From the human T2T-CHM13v2.0 reference genome, Homo sapiens, in the NCBI RefSeq assembly GCF_009914755.1, contig NC_060947.1: 64,000 nucleotides of DNA. The stretch is one strand, 5' to 3'. A program made the translations under genes and the position numbers. The first letter of the stretch is position 1, and the number at the start of each line of letters is the position of its first letter. Under the pieces are notes generated by a model that was given only the letters and a program-made list of their open reading frames with translations, was not told the origin of the DNA and did not search any database. Shown in pieces: positions 36,692-49,715 of this stretch.

Positions 36692-37169
36692 GCGGAACTG
36701 CTGGCTCCATATTAGCGAGGGTGCCCTGGCAGCGCGACCGAGGCCAACTACCCCTGGGGACCCTCCCGAGGCTCCCCGCACCCTGCACACCCTCAAGATC
36801 GCCAAGGCGAGCCCACCGCACCCCACAGCGCGTCCCAAGGGCACCACAGCCGAGGAAGCGACTTTTGCGGTAGCGAAAGGGTGGCAGTACCCAGCTCCAC
36901 GCGCTGCAAGACTCTAGCAGCCGCGCTTCACCCCAAAACTCTGCCCCTAGCCAGCACAGCTCCCCTAGCGCCCCAAATCCCAGGTGTGCCTGTTTCCCTG
37001 GAGTCCCGCCGGCGTGCTTTGCTATTCGCAGCTCGACGCCTAGACCTCCTGACTGCAACCTCCGAGGCCTTTGCGCTCCCAGGCGTCCTTTGCTGCAAGC
37101 AAACAGGCCCCCAACCGCCCCCTATGGTTTGTACTCTTCTGGAAGGTGTCTTTGGCGCTGTGAATGCAA

Positions 37170-37355
37170 ACTCAGGCTTTGGATTAAGGGCTTCATTTTC
37201 AACTAACTGTGTGATTTGAGGCCAGTTTCTTAACCTCAGTTTCTTTATCTACAAAATGGGAGGGATATTCGTATAAGTGTGGCTACGAGGTTTAAAGAAG
37301 ATATAGTTATATGTCAAATGCTTAGCACAAAGTCCTGGTGGTTAGCATTATTATT
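37170..37355 (+). mobile_element. MIR SINE (only clear transposon inside the island cluster)
   Basis: ctgtgtgatttgagg..cttaacctcagtttctttatctacaaaatggg..gcttagcaca. Confidence 0.75.
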
Positions 37356-38559
37356 ACCATATGGCCAGAACTGTGAGGACATTAAAAGTGAAGTAGGCTT
37401 TTTCCCACCAGGGGTAAGCCTCGCGGAGTCCTAGGACACATCCCACAAACCGAGGTGAACCTAAGCCACCGGCTACGTCTGAAGGGAGGACAGACGAGAC
37501 GAGGGGCAGCCAACTGAGCGAATCACTCTGCCTTCCGCCTTTGCAAATGAATAGGGCTCTGTCTACAGCTTCCGCCATTCCTACGCCAGATCTGCAACGC
37601 CTAAGGCTTAAACTTGGCGCGGCGGTAAATTTAGCCCGAAGGCAGCGGCTCCTAAGGGGCGGGGATGTCTCCTTGGAAGAAGGAAAGGGAACAGGGTAAG
37701 AAAATGGAGTTGCCTCTAGGAAGAAGAATCAGGCAGAGGAAACATTCAGGGCCGCTGGCGGACCACTGACAAAAAGAAATCGGACGCAAAAGAAACCTCC
37801 CCAGAAGAAACTGGGCCACCGTGGGAGCCGTGCGAGACAGACTTCCCATCTGGGAAGGGCTGCCTACGGGTAATTGGGTTTGCTCGAGTTGCCTCTATAA
37901 TTAATAAGTGATTTGACTTGGAGATTGGAAATAGTCATGAAAGGAAGCCGCGGGCGTAGGGGTGTGAGGCCCAGGAGCCTCCATCCGAAATCCAAAGACC
38001 GCGGAGGAGGACGGTTTAAGGAACAGGACGAATGTGATAATATTGGCATCTAACCTTCTAGTGTTTGAGTAATTCGTTGCTTAGCTACTTTGGATAGGCC
38101 ATTATTTTGCAAACTGGAAACATTTGCAAGTGGTGATATTTTGCTCTTGCCTGACGCAGGGGCTGCAAACCTACGCCGGCTCTGCTGAACTCTTCGAAAT
38201 ATATATGCATAAATTGTTCCTAATGAGACCATCTGTTTTTTATGGCCCCTCTGGAAGCAGGAGGAACCCGAAGCCTGCTCCGTCTTGCAGAAATCTGTGG
38301 CCAGGCAGGCCTGGGAAATAAATAGGGGAGATTAGAACGGTGTGCGTGATTTAACAATACGCAGAACGGCAAGTTCGGTGGTCGAGATGTGTGCCTCGAT
38401 TCCCAGGGGTGCGGGTCATTTAGGGTGACTCCAGACATGGGGGTTCCTCCTAGGAGGCCCAGGGACTTTGCGGAGTTCCACGGCACACACGAACCTCGTT
38501 TTTCCATATCTGGAACATCGCCAGAGCCACAACGCGAAACCACGAGCCTGTAGCTGCTC

Positions 38560-40121
38560 TGGGGACCCAAAACAAGCACCCAGGTTGTAGGTGGTCCCCG
38601 ACGTCGCCCACTATCTAGGGCCTCCTTCTACGGTGGTGAAGGGAGCTGAACCTGGGCCACAGAGGCAGAGAACGAGCATCACTCCACCCCATACCCGGGT
38701 CAGAGCACAGAGCTCATTCCGGGCCTATCCCAAAGACTGAGCTGCTCCGCGAGCGTCTGGCAGGCCCAGCGCCCCGGCCTGAGACCGCACTGAGGGTGGC
38801 AGGGCAAACACTTTTCACATTACCGCGTGGCTGTTAATTGGGGCAGTGCAAAAGACGCCGCGACTACCCCTTTGCGGCGGCGGGGGAGGGGGGAGCGGGT
38901 CAGGAGTGGGCAGTGGGGGCTGCTTATAATAGAAGGACTGCCCTGGGGAGCCTCAGATATCGGTAACCCCCATGATTAATTCATAACTCTCCACTGCGCC
39001 TGGCACCGTCTCGGGTCTTTAATCGGTTCTGAATGTCAGCGAGGCTTCCCCGACAGCCTGAGCACTGCTTTTTCAATGTGTTGAAAGTCGCTGCGCGCAC
39101 ACCAGGAGACAAAGTTGCCATCTGCTCCGGGGACCAAGGCAACTGGGCGCTGGGAGGGGCCTTCCTCCCGCGGCTCCCGCTGCCCCGGGCGGCCTCCTCT
39201 TCCCGGCCTGCCCCAAAGCCAACACTGTCACCCGGAACGTCCCCGCCCCCCGCCCCGGGTGCATGCATGGTGGAAACTCCGGCTTGCAGCGAAACAGAGC
39301 GCTGCGCGCGGGCGCGCAGGGAGCCTCGCGGTCACCCAGACCGAGACCTATGCTAATGAGATTATAGGCCCGGGTTGTTTGTGTGCGCGGACGTCAAAGG
39401 GGGGGCGCAGATAAAGTGTGGAAACCGGGATGACTTGGAGGGGGGAGGGGCAGGAAGCCCCAGGAGAACAAAGCTCCTGGCCGTCGGCCTCCAAAGAGTC
39501 GCAGAAGTGACCGCCACTGGCTCGTGCACAGGCGGAAGCGGGGGAGGGCGGGGGACGCCAGGCCTAAAGCGCCTCGTGGGTTTAGAGAACTCAGAGAGGG
39601 CACCGGGTGGGGGTGGGAAGAAGACTCAACCCGTAGCTAAATGTTTGGCCTTTGGCTATTTTTTAAGGAAACGAATCTCAGGGAGGTCGGGGCGCGGGGG
39701 ATGGGGGCATCATCGCGCCTCGGAGATGGGAAGCGAGTTCCCCTCCGCTTTCTGGGAAAAGCCTTGTCTCCCTTCTTTCCCCTCCCCCCATCCTGCTGAG
39801 GGTTTGCGTTGACCCATCTCTCCGCTCGGGACCGGCAGGAGGACGGAGCCGCAGGGGCTGACCGCGGCCCAGAGGCTGCCCAGGGGTCGCGCTGCTGCCG
39901 GCCTGCGCTTCCGCACTCCCGGGTTCGGTGCGTCGCCTCTCGCGGCAGCGCCTCGCTTCTTCCAGACTGTAATTCCACACTCCCGCAAGCGCTGGGGCTG
40001 CGGAATCGTTTGAGGGAGTTGGAACTGCATCAGATGAGCACGCCGGGAGGTGAGATCGGGTAGGAAATAGCCGAAACTTTGAGTTGTGCGCCACCCCACC
40101 GCCCCCAACACACACACACAG

Positions 40122-40157
<36 letters not shown>

Positions 40158-40200
40158 TTACCCTCCCCCTTCCCAGCCGCAACCTCCGCCACCCTCTCGA
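38560..40200. promoter_or_regulatory. CpG island B, candidate promoter
   Basis: CpG-dense; GC boxes, ATGCTAATGAGAT at 39350, GACGTCA at 39390, AGATAA at 39409. Confidence 0.8.
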
Positions 40201-42430
40201 TTCTTCAAGGTTTGCAGCCCAGTCCTGTCATATGGTTTTGTTTCTGTGCTGCTGTTTTTTTTCAGACACGAAAATTGGACACGTGGAGAATTAGCCCTGC
40301 TGGAGAAGCGCTGGGTGCAGACTCAAACAATGGTTTCCAGCGCCGAAGCTGAGGCATCACCTTCCCCACCTCCACCCTCAAATGGCAGCTGCCTCTATAT
40401 ACAGCGGGCACACCCCTTCACTACCCACCCCCTCCCCCAAAGCCTGGTTAGGGACCTATGTGGGCTGCACGCTCTGGAGCCCCTTGCCCGGACACAAACC
40501 CTAGGTGGGCCTGGGCTGCCCGCTGAGTAGCTCATTGCGCCTGGGATCCCCTGGGATTTAGAAGTATAGGGCTCTCTATTTTTCCCTAGGAAGGTCCTGT
40601 CTCAAAGATGCCACCCCCAAAAATTAATGTGTAAAAACCCAACCAAGCTCCAGTCTCTGTGTCCTTTGGCAAATCTATCTTTCCTAGGGCATACTTTCCT
40701 AAGCTGCTGGGACCTTGCCCCCCATCTGATGAGCCATACGCAGGTGGTCTGGCCTCTTCAGAGCAGCTTCCTTTAGTTATTGTCTTCTCCAGAGGCCCCA
40801 TCCTCCACGGCAGCCCTAATCTTAGCCCCCCAGCCTCTCTGAGCCCCCATCCCACCCCCACACTGCGCTGAGCTGGCAGCAGCCACAGCTCCCCCAGGCA
40901 GTTCCTCTCTCACTGCGCGGCCTGTGCATCTCGCTGGGGCACACACTCCGCACAGAAGCTCCCTCGCCTCCTGGAGCTGGTTTCCTCTTACAGGCTCCCC
41001 TTAGAGCTGCTGGTGCTGTGACAACGCCTGCATCTCTGTGTCTCCCTGCAGCGCTGCGAGCTGTGAATCTGCCTTCTCTTCCCTTCCTGCAAAGGTCAAG
41101 CTGCCTCCTTCTCTCGCAGGGCCGCAGTTCAGTTCTGGCCTGCAGAGCTTCTACACTGCAACTTGAATATGGGAATGGGGTGGGCATCGTGCAAGGGAGC
41201 AGTCACACTCAAGCCAGGAGGCAGGGACAAAAGGGTGTGCGATTCAGGGAGGGAAACACTGAGGACAACCCTCAGAAAGCAGTGCAGGATTTGCAGCTAA
41301 AGACTCAAAAGAGGGAGAGAAAACGAGGAAAAGGCTGTTACTAGGTCGTGAGTCCTGAAGTGTAGGCCTTTCTCCTCCCACCCCGTGGGTTGCCCTAGGG
41401 GAAGGCCAGAAGAGGCCTCAGGTGTCTGCACTGTGTCCTGTGCAGTTCCTAGGGCCATGCACTTCCGGTGAGGCTGCACTTTACTCCAAGCAGGAGTCAG
41501 AAGCATGGAATTCAGTGGCCGCAGGAGCTCAAGTCGGCTGCAGCCCTTTCAAAGAGGGACCCCGAAGAGGCCTTTCTGCCACCCCAGCCCCAGAGAGGCT
41601 ATGAGGCTCTACAAGCAGCAGAGAGAATGATACGGAGAAAAATGAGAGGAAACGCTATTAAACTTGCTTCCTCTAAAGAGCGCTACCCACCGTTTTCTCT
41701 GAACTGTACCTAAAAAGTCAGGAGAGAACTCGTTAACTTTTGTTTGGTTTAACATTGCCAGCTTCAAGTCAACCGTAGGCCCCCCGAAGGTTTTGTAAAA
41801 TATTTAATCTAGCTCAGACAATTTCCTGCAGTCCCTAACCAGACCACCCCACTTACTGAGCCGCTGCCAAAAAGGATGCTTGACTGCAGACTGGCAACCA
41901 GAGGCCTTCCAGTCGCCTGGCTGGCCTTGACCTCCACTCGAGGCGCCAGGAAAGACCCTTCCCGGAATCCCGAGAGACCAAGACCTGGGTAATCCTGGAG
42001 GTCTAAACCCGTGAGGAAGCCCAAGAAATGGAGTTAAAGACCCTTTTCGCACAACCGATTGTTGTCTGTGTGACCTTCTGCGGCCCTTGCCCTCTCTGAA
42101 CCCTCTAAAATGGGCATGAGGATGTCTCACCTTCCTCTGGGTGTTATGCATTTTGAAGCGTGGGCACTATGGGAGAGGCTGACGCTCTGTGTTCCCCAGC
42201 GCCCTCCACTCCCACCCCTTCACTGTTTTCTTCGACATTATCTCCCTAGAGAACACAGCAAGCAGGAGCGGGATCCTTCGACTCGGCTGACTCTCAACTC
42301 CTTCCAAACGTGAGGCTGACGGGGAGAACTCCTGCTCTGCCCAGTTTCCATTCCCGCCTCCAGAATAACGAGCCGAAAACATGTGTACTGTAAATAAAGC
42401 CTGTCTAAATAAAGCACTCGGGTAAAGGCT
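39500..42430 (+). ncRNA. Candidate spliced lncRNA (start approximate)
   Basis: Donor GAG|GTGAGA at 40049/50, acceptor tttttttcAG| at 40265, tandem AATAAA at 42393 and 42408, no credible ORF; inferred from signals only. Confidence 0.3.
40109..40156. repeat. (CA)6GG(CA)17 microsatellite
   Basis: Read directly from the sequence. Confidence 0.97.
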
Positions 42431-44631
42431 ACCGAGAAAACACTCCGCATCGCTCTGTGCTCAGAGCGTGAGTCAGCTTCCCAGCCCCGGGGGAACAATG
42501 GGGACCTTGCCAAGGGTCCCCTTCTGTCGACCCCTGACGGCCCCCAGGCCCGTTTGGGTGGCGGGAGTGCCGGCACCCTGGGACCTTCGGGCCCGAGGTT
42601 CGGGAGGGCTAAGGGCGCTCCAGGCGACCAGGGTTGGGGTCCAGCCCCAGGATTAGCGCGGCCAGGAATCCCTCTGCCCGCAGCTGCCGCGGAGGGGTTG
42701 AGGGTTAAACAGACACCGGGCAGAGGAGCGAGCCTGCCGGCTGCGGCCGGCGCGGCGCGGCGCGGGGAGAGGACGGGAGGGAAGAGGGCGCACGCTACCT
42801 AGCCTCCCGACGAGAAGACGTCTCCTCCCCACGTCAGGCCGGGCTCTCGCCCACTCGGCTGGCCGCCTCTGCTCCCTGGCCTCTCAAGTCTCAGCGGAAA
42901 GAAACGTAGCGGCTGCCAAAAGCACCCCACTCCTTTTATTGTCCCCATAAGCCTATACACGTACACTAGCCACCCCCCCAACACACACACACAACACGCA
43001 CACGTGTGCGGGAGACTCGAGGATGCCCTGCCTCCATCGCTCACAGAGTGAGTACCAAGGCCGAGCGAAACGGCACCCCTTTGGTGGAAGACACAGTGTT
43101 GGGACCAGTGGTGGCCTCCGCGCTACGTCTTCTATCGCAACCTCTGGGTTTCCTTTGCAGAACTGCATACCCCAGAGCAGAGGCCATGTGGAGACCTGCG
43201 GCTTGGTCCCGACTGGTGCAGTGGCCTCTGCTCTGGTGTGGGCTGGCGGTTTCCCCGCGCCCGGTGACCTTAAGGGGGTTTCCGGAGTCGCGCAGCCAGC
43301 CCTTCCTCCCAGCTTCTCCGGCCAAGGCCGCTCTCGGCCGCCCAGCCTGGTCGGGCTCGGCTAGTCGGCTCCTCGCCCCGGGCAGGAGTGCGGTTGGTGA
43401 AAGCACTCGGGGCCTCACCCACGCTCTGTGCACACGCGCCCCGCCGGGGCGGGAGCCGGAGCCGCGCTCCAACAGCCCGAAATTGCCAAATGGTCGCTGG
43501 GCAGGGTTGGGGATAGACTTTGGGAACCGGGTTTGAGCTGGAGAAGACGAGGAAAACGAGTGAAACGGGAGAGGCGGGGTGGGGTGACGGCTCATAAATC
43601 ATCCAGCCCCACCCTCGGGCCTCAGTGCAGAGGCGCCCTAGCCCCACGAGGAAGAGGAGGTTCACCCAGCCACTCCTGGCCGACCTCTGAGCTCTCCGGG
43701 AGCCAGCGCCCCACCCTAGGCTCAGGCCGCGCTAGGACCAGCTCCCGGCCCAGATCGTAAACCACCCGCCGGAATCGGCGGAAAGCCGCCCTTGGACACA
43801 GCGCGCATCCGCCCAAGGGGAAGTTTATTTATAGCTTGTAAACGTAAAGGAAACCAGACCGCGCTACCTCGCCGCGCTCCGGCTGCTTCGCTCCCCACCT
43901 GCCCACCAGGAGGGCGCGACGGGTGGAGGGAGGTGGGGTTTGGTTCTGTGCCCCCCCTCCCCCGCTCCCGCTCCGCTGCCAGGGGAGAACAGGGTCCTAA
44001 GAGGCTGGCAAGCCTTACATTCCTCTCGGGACGCCTATCCAGTGCCATGAAAGCCGGAGGGGGCGGAGGACAGGGCCCGGGCACCGGAGTGGTTAGGGTG
44101 GGGGTGGCCGAGCTGGCCCACTTGGCACGGAAGGGCAGGCAGGCCAGGCGACGCGGCGCGAGATTCCACAGCTCCCGCTCCGGACCGGGGGAAATCCTGG
44201 AGTGCCAGAGAGCCCGGGGAGGGGGCGCTCCGGGAGCCTCTCCTTGAAAGGCGGGATGCTTTCCCCGTTCCTCCCGCGCACGTGTCCTCAGCAGAGCAGG
44301 CAAGCGCTGCGCGCCTGGGGCTGCGATCCTCGGGTGACAGCGACTGAGAGCGCGCCCTCTCCACCCCCACCCCCGCCGTCGCCGCCTCTCCTGGGGAGCT
44401 CCAGTCTCCAGGGTGCGCTCGGGGCAGGCCCCAAGAGCCAGAGAAACGGAAAAGTGCCGGGGAGGCGATTAGGAAGAGAAGACATTAAAAAGCCCAGCCC
44501 TGAAAGACAGGCAGCCGAGCTGAAAAAGACGCCTGCGAACCCCCACCCCGCCGCCCCTCGCCTACTGCGCCCAGACGGCCCCTCCTTGTCCCGGCTGAGC
44601 GCACCCACCCCCGGCCTCGGCCGGGGCGAAT

Positions 44632-44632
<1 letters not shown>

Positions 44633-44680
<48 letters not shown>

Positions 44681-44692
44681 CGCGCGCGCTCG
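44633..44692. repeat. C(GT)19(GC)9TCG, Z-DNA-prone tract
   Basis: 57 bp of alternating purine-pyrimidine (44633-44689). Confidence 0.95.
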
Positions 44693-44757
44693 AGTGCCGG
44701 GAGGGCAGTTGCGAAACGGGCTCTTGGCTGCAGCGCGGCATAATGGAGGTGGCTGGA

Positions 44758-44773
44758 ACAATGCGCGCTTTGT
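44758..44773. promoter_or_regulatory. Paired inverted SOX site (SOXE dimer type)
   Basis: ACAATG-cgcg-CTTTGT matches ACAAWG-N4-CWTTGT. Confidence 0.5.
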
Positions 44774-45071
44774 GCGCGCGGGGAGTTGTTTTCCACCCGC
44801 CTCGCCCCCCTTGCTCGGGCCGTATGGCACTTTAATCTCCGCCACGACTCGGCACAAATGCACTTGTGTCCTGCGGGTCACTGGGGGCCGTGCGGCTGGA
44901 GCCGCCCCCACCCCGACCCCCGCGGAACCCACCGCCGGCTGCCCCATCTTCCTTCCTGAGCACCCCCCACCACCACCTCAATTCCCGGCGTGGGCCGGTG
45001 AGCTGGCGTGGAAGCTTCCGGGCCCGCCGGCCACTTTTATTTTCCGTGAAGACGGCCCCTCCCCCGCTCCA

Positions 45072-45077
45072 CGAGCG

Positions 45078-45112
<35 letters not shown>

Positions 45113-45113
45113 G
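45072..45113. repeat. CGA(GC)6(AC)13G, Z-DNA-prone tract
   Basis: Reverse-complement architecture of 44633-44692. Confidence 0.95.
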
Positions 45114-45996
45114 CCGCCCGCAGGCCCCACACTCACCGCCCTCTCTCGCCTAGCCTCTCCTCGGCCCGCCTCCGCCCCCGCCCCCGCCCCGCGCTCCGGA
45201 CTCCTGCGAACAATAGTAAATGTCAACAGATTCCGCGCGGCGAGTGTCTGACTCGGCCGAGATAAGGGTGCGCGGTTGGCCCCGCGCTCCTCGTCGCCGC
45301 GGGGGGAGCCCACCCTGACCCCGGCTGGAAGGAACCGGCTGTGACTAAACCCGTGCCGGGAGAGGGGGGCGGGAGGGCAGGGCACCAGTCCCAGCTCGGT
45401 GGGGCAGCCTCGCCAGGAGACCAGGCCCTGCCCCGCCCCCACCCCACTTAACCCGTTGCCGATGGGGGAACCTATGGGCACCGTAAAAGCCGCGGGGTCG
45501 ACGTGGCGGTCGGGCCTGCTTTTGGCCCACAGCTGCAATCTCCAGAGGATATCGGCAAAACGCTGATCCACGTGAGGACTCGCAGTTTTCGACCTACTGG
45601 GAGCCAGCACCTGAAGCAAAGGATTCGAGTCCTGATGTCCGGAGACTCATTAAAATATTTTCCTAAGCGCGCACACACTCGCAGGTCCTCCTCCTTGGTC
45701 GTCGGTAACCCACCACCCAACCGAATTAAAATTCGCAAATTGATTCCCACGCGTTGGTATTAATGGGTTGTTCCTCTTAAATTGTTGCCAACTTTGCTAA
45801 TGGATTATTATTTAAATGATTTCTTTTTCATAAAGTACGTGTTGTTTTATAGATGCGTATTTACTTAAAGAAATCAACTGCATGTATTAACATATTAAAG
45901 AGAGAATAAAGCATCGGGGCCGGTGTAATGTACTGTTCAGCCTTACTTTGGGTGCTCTCGAAGATAGGAAAATCTTATTTGTTTAATAATAAGTCA

Positions 45997-46013
45997 CTCA
46001 TGAATATGCAAAT
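45997..46013 (+). promoter_or_regulatory. Heptamer-octamer (MORE-type) POU dimer site
   Basis: Exact CTCATGAATATGCAAAT. Confidence 0.6.
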
Positions 46014-46359
46014 GGCATCGGTGCAGTACCTCACTTCTGTCACTATTAATGAGTTGCAAATTAATGTGACAACAAAAGGAAAATCTATTTAGTGGAGGAA
46101 CTCAGGTTCCTACCTGGGGAGATCACAAGCAAGCCTGGAACTTGAGTCTCCAGGCAGGAGAGGACTGGGGATGGACACGTACCTCCTCACGTAGTGTTTT
46201 CCTGGAGCCTCCACTATTGTTTGGTTTCAGGGACCTGCTTTGTCAGGAACCCCTTAAAATTCCTGCTCCAGACCAGAGGAAGAAAGGCTGCTCCAGGGTA
46301 ATTAGGGCCAAGTGTGATTAATGGAAATCAACCCACAGTTTGAAGTAAAGCAGTTGGCC

Positions 46360-46507
46360 AAGCAGATTTTGGGGGGTCTCCTCCCCCGAGCTTAAAGATT
46401 CCCCAAAGCCTTTTTGACCTCTGTTGCTTTGGACAGGGTTGAGGACGTAAATAGCGAATTAGCCCTCACAGGCCTGATCACAGGTATTAAGACAGCACCC
46501 TATGCAC
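46360..46507 (+). repeat. Local duplication, source copy
   Basis: About 80% identical by eye to 47239-47389; shares the exact 23-mer cctctgttgctttggacagggtt. Confidence 0.92.
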
Positions 46508-46804
46508 TTGAATTTTACGAGGTGACTTTGCTGATGGGAGATTTAAGAGCAGATCAGCTCATTTTCCTGCCGACCTACTTCCCAGAGGTTACAGACTGAA
46601 GTCTGGTTGTCTTCCATTTGAGCCTTCATTCTTTTCTGGCCTACACACCAGAGCCTATTTTTATTTCATCGATGATGCTGAAGAGAGTGTTTCTAATTCA
46701 GTTAAGTTTGGAAACATCGCTGAGAAAAAATAAATGTTGAGCTGTCCAGAACTGTGAACGAATAGTTCAGGTGCCTGGATAGCATTTCAAAGAAGCTGTT
46801 TGAC

Positions 46805-46922
46805 TAGGGAACCTTCTGGAAAGATGCACGTATTCGATATCTAACCTGGTTAATGGTTACATGGTTTTATACATATGTAAAAATTCATCAGGCTGAGCAT
46901 TTAAGATCTGTGCACTTCACTA
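46805..46922 (+). mobile_element. L1ME-like 3' end fragment
   Basis: atacatatgtaaaaattcatcaggctg..ttaagatctgtgcacttcact. Confidence 0.65.
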
Positions 46923-47232
46923 TGTCTAATCTATGACTATGTAAAGCCACCCCAAAGCTTAGTGGTCTAAAACAACAATAATTTATTTTGCTCAAAAATC
47001 TGCAATCTGGGCAGGGCTTGGCAGGACAACTCACCTGTGCTCCATGCTGTCAGCTGGGGCAGCTCAACTGGAACTCCACTTTCAAGATAGCTCACACACA
47101 TTGTTGTTGCTGGCTGTGGTTCTCCACGTGGGCCTCTCCACAGGGTGGCTTGGGCTTCCTTACAGCATGGTGGCTGTGTACCAAGCATCCCAAGAGAGAG
47201 GAAATGAAAGCTGTCAGTTACTTAAGGCCTGA

Positions 47233-47741
<509 letters not shown>

Positions 47742-48065
47742 TTTTTTTGTTTGGTTTTTTGTTTTTTTGTGTTTTGTTTTTTTTTGCCAATCTCACTCTG
47801 TCACTCAGGCTGGAGTGCAGTGGCAAAATGGTGGCTCACTTACAGCCTCAACCTCCCAGGCTCAAGCAATCCTCCCACCTCAGGCTCCTGCGTAGCTAGG
47901 ACTATAGGCGTGTGTGACTGCGCCCAGCTATTTTTTAAAATTTTTTTTGTAGCGATAGAGTCTCAGTATGTTGCCCAGGCTGGTCTTGAACTCCTGGCCT
48001 CAAGTGATCCTCCTGCTTTGGTCTCCCAAAGTGCTGGGATCAGGCATGAGCCACTGTACCCAGCC
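47742..48065 (-). mobile_element. Alu (AluJ-like)
   Basis: Outer TSD atatctgccaagttct / acatctgccatattct flanks both Alus. Confidence 0.93.
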
Positions 48066-48244
48066 TACATCTGCCATATTCTATTGCACAAGTAGTCACA
48101 GAGCCCAAACTCAAGGAGGAGAGGACATAGAACCCTCCCTCCCGCTTCTCAATATAAAGTGTATCAGAGATTTGGGGGGGGGGGCTATTGTTTTTAAAAC
48201 TACTATATATCTCATTTTAAAAGAAAATAGAATATGTGACATCA

Positions 48245-48547
48245 GCCGGGCATGGTGCTCACACCTGTAATCTCAGCATTTTGGGAGGTTGAGGCAGGCG
48301 GATCCCTTGAGACCAGGAGTTAGAGACCAGCCCGGGCCACATCTCGAAAACCCATCTCTACAAAAAAAAACAAACAAAAAATTAGCCGGGCATGGTGGTG
48401 CCTGCATATACTCCCAGCTTCTCAGGAGCTGAGGTGGGAGGATCCTTTGAGCCCAAGAGGTTAAGGCAGTGAGCCATGATGGCACCACTGCATTCCAGCA
48501 CCTGGACGACAGAGAAAGAGCCTGCCTCAAAACAAACAAACAAAAAA
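48245..48547 (+). mobile_element. Alu (AluJ-like)
   Basis: TSD agaatatgtgacatca / agaatatgtgacttca. Confidence 0.94.
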
Positions 48548-48764
48548 GAATATGTGACTTCATTTGTTGCTTCATGTCCCAGCCCACTTTGACTTTCTTC
48601 CACATCTCTTTTCTCCCAGTCATCAATGGGTTGCTATCCCACTAAATTCATGTGGGTGTGTATAGAAAAAGACCATTTACATTTGAGTTTTAAGTTGTTA
48701 TTAATTTATCAAAGTTCCAAATTTTAAAATCTAGACTTTTACAAGCCTTAAAATTTAGTTTATT

Positions 48765-49086
<322 letters not shown>

Positions 49087-49102
49087 AAATTCAATTTATT
49101 AA

Positions 49103-49252
<150 letters not shown>

Positions 49253-49278
49253 TAACATTTACAAATCAAGTAAATTAA

Positions 49279-49715
<437 letters not shown>

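Larger units (their letters stand above)
35300..37100. promoter_or_regulatory. CpG island A
   Basis: Very high GC and CpG density by inspection; TATAAA at 35526 and YY1-like caagatggcagc at 35400 at its left edge. Confidence 0.85.
42250..45760. promoter_or_regulatory. CpG island C
   Basis: CpG-dense over 3.5 kb; GC-box array ccgcctccgcccccgcccccgcccc near 45165-45190. Confidence 0.88.

Noticed and set aside
43903-43917. CTCF-like CCACCAGGAGGGCGC (similar at ~35608)
   Set aside because: One extra base breaks the CCASYAGRKGGCRS spacing
44202-45251. Longest ORF (349 aa)
   Set aside because: Non-ATG start, low-complexity P/R/G/A composition, and it reads through both microsatellites (VCVC, RARA, HTHT); stop codons are simply rare in GC-rich DNA
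45621-45632. GGATTCGAGTCC resembling a tRNA T-loop or Pol III B-box
   Set aside because: Extra base relative to GGTTCGANNCC, no A-box at a suitable distance and no cloverleaf
45997-46600. Possible orphan immunoglobulin V gene after the heptamer-octamer
   Set aside because: No leader exon, V-domain ORF or CACAGTG/ACAAAAACC signal downstream
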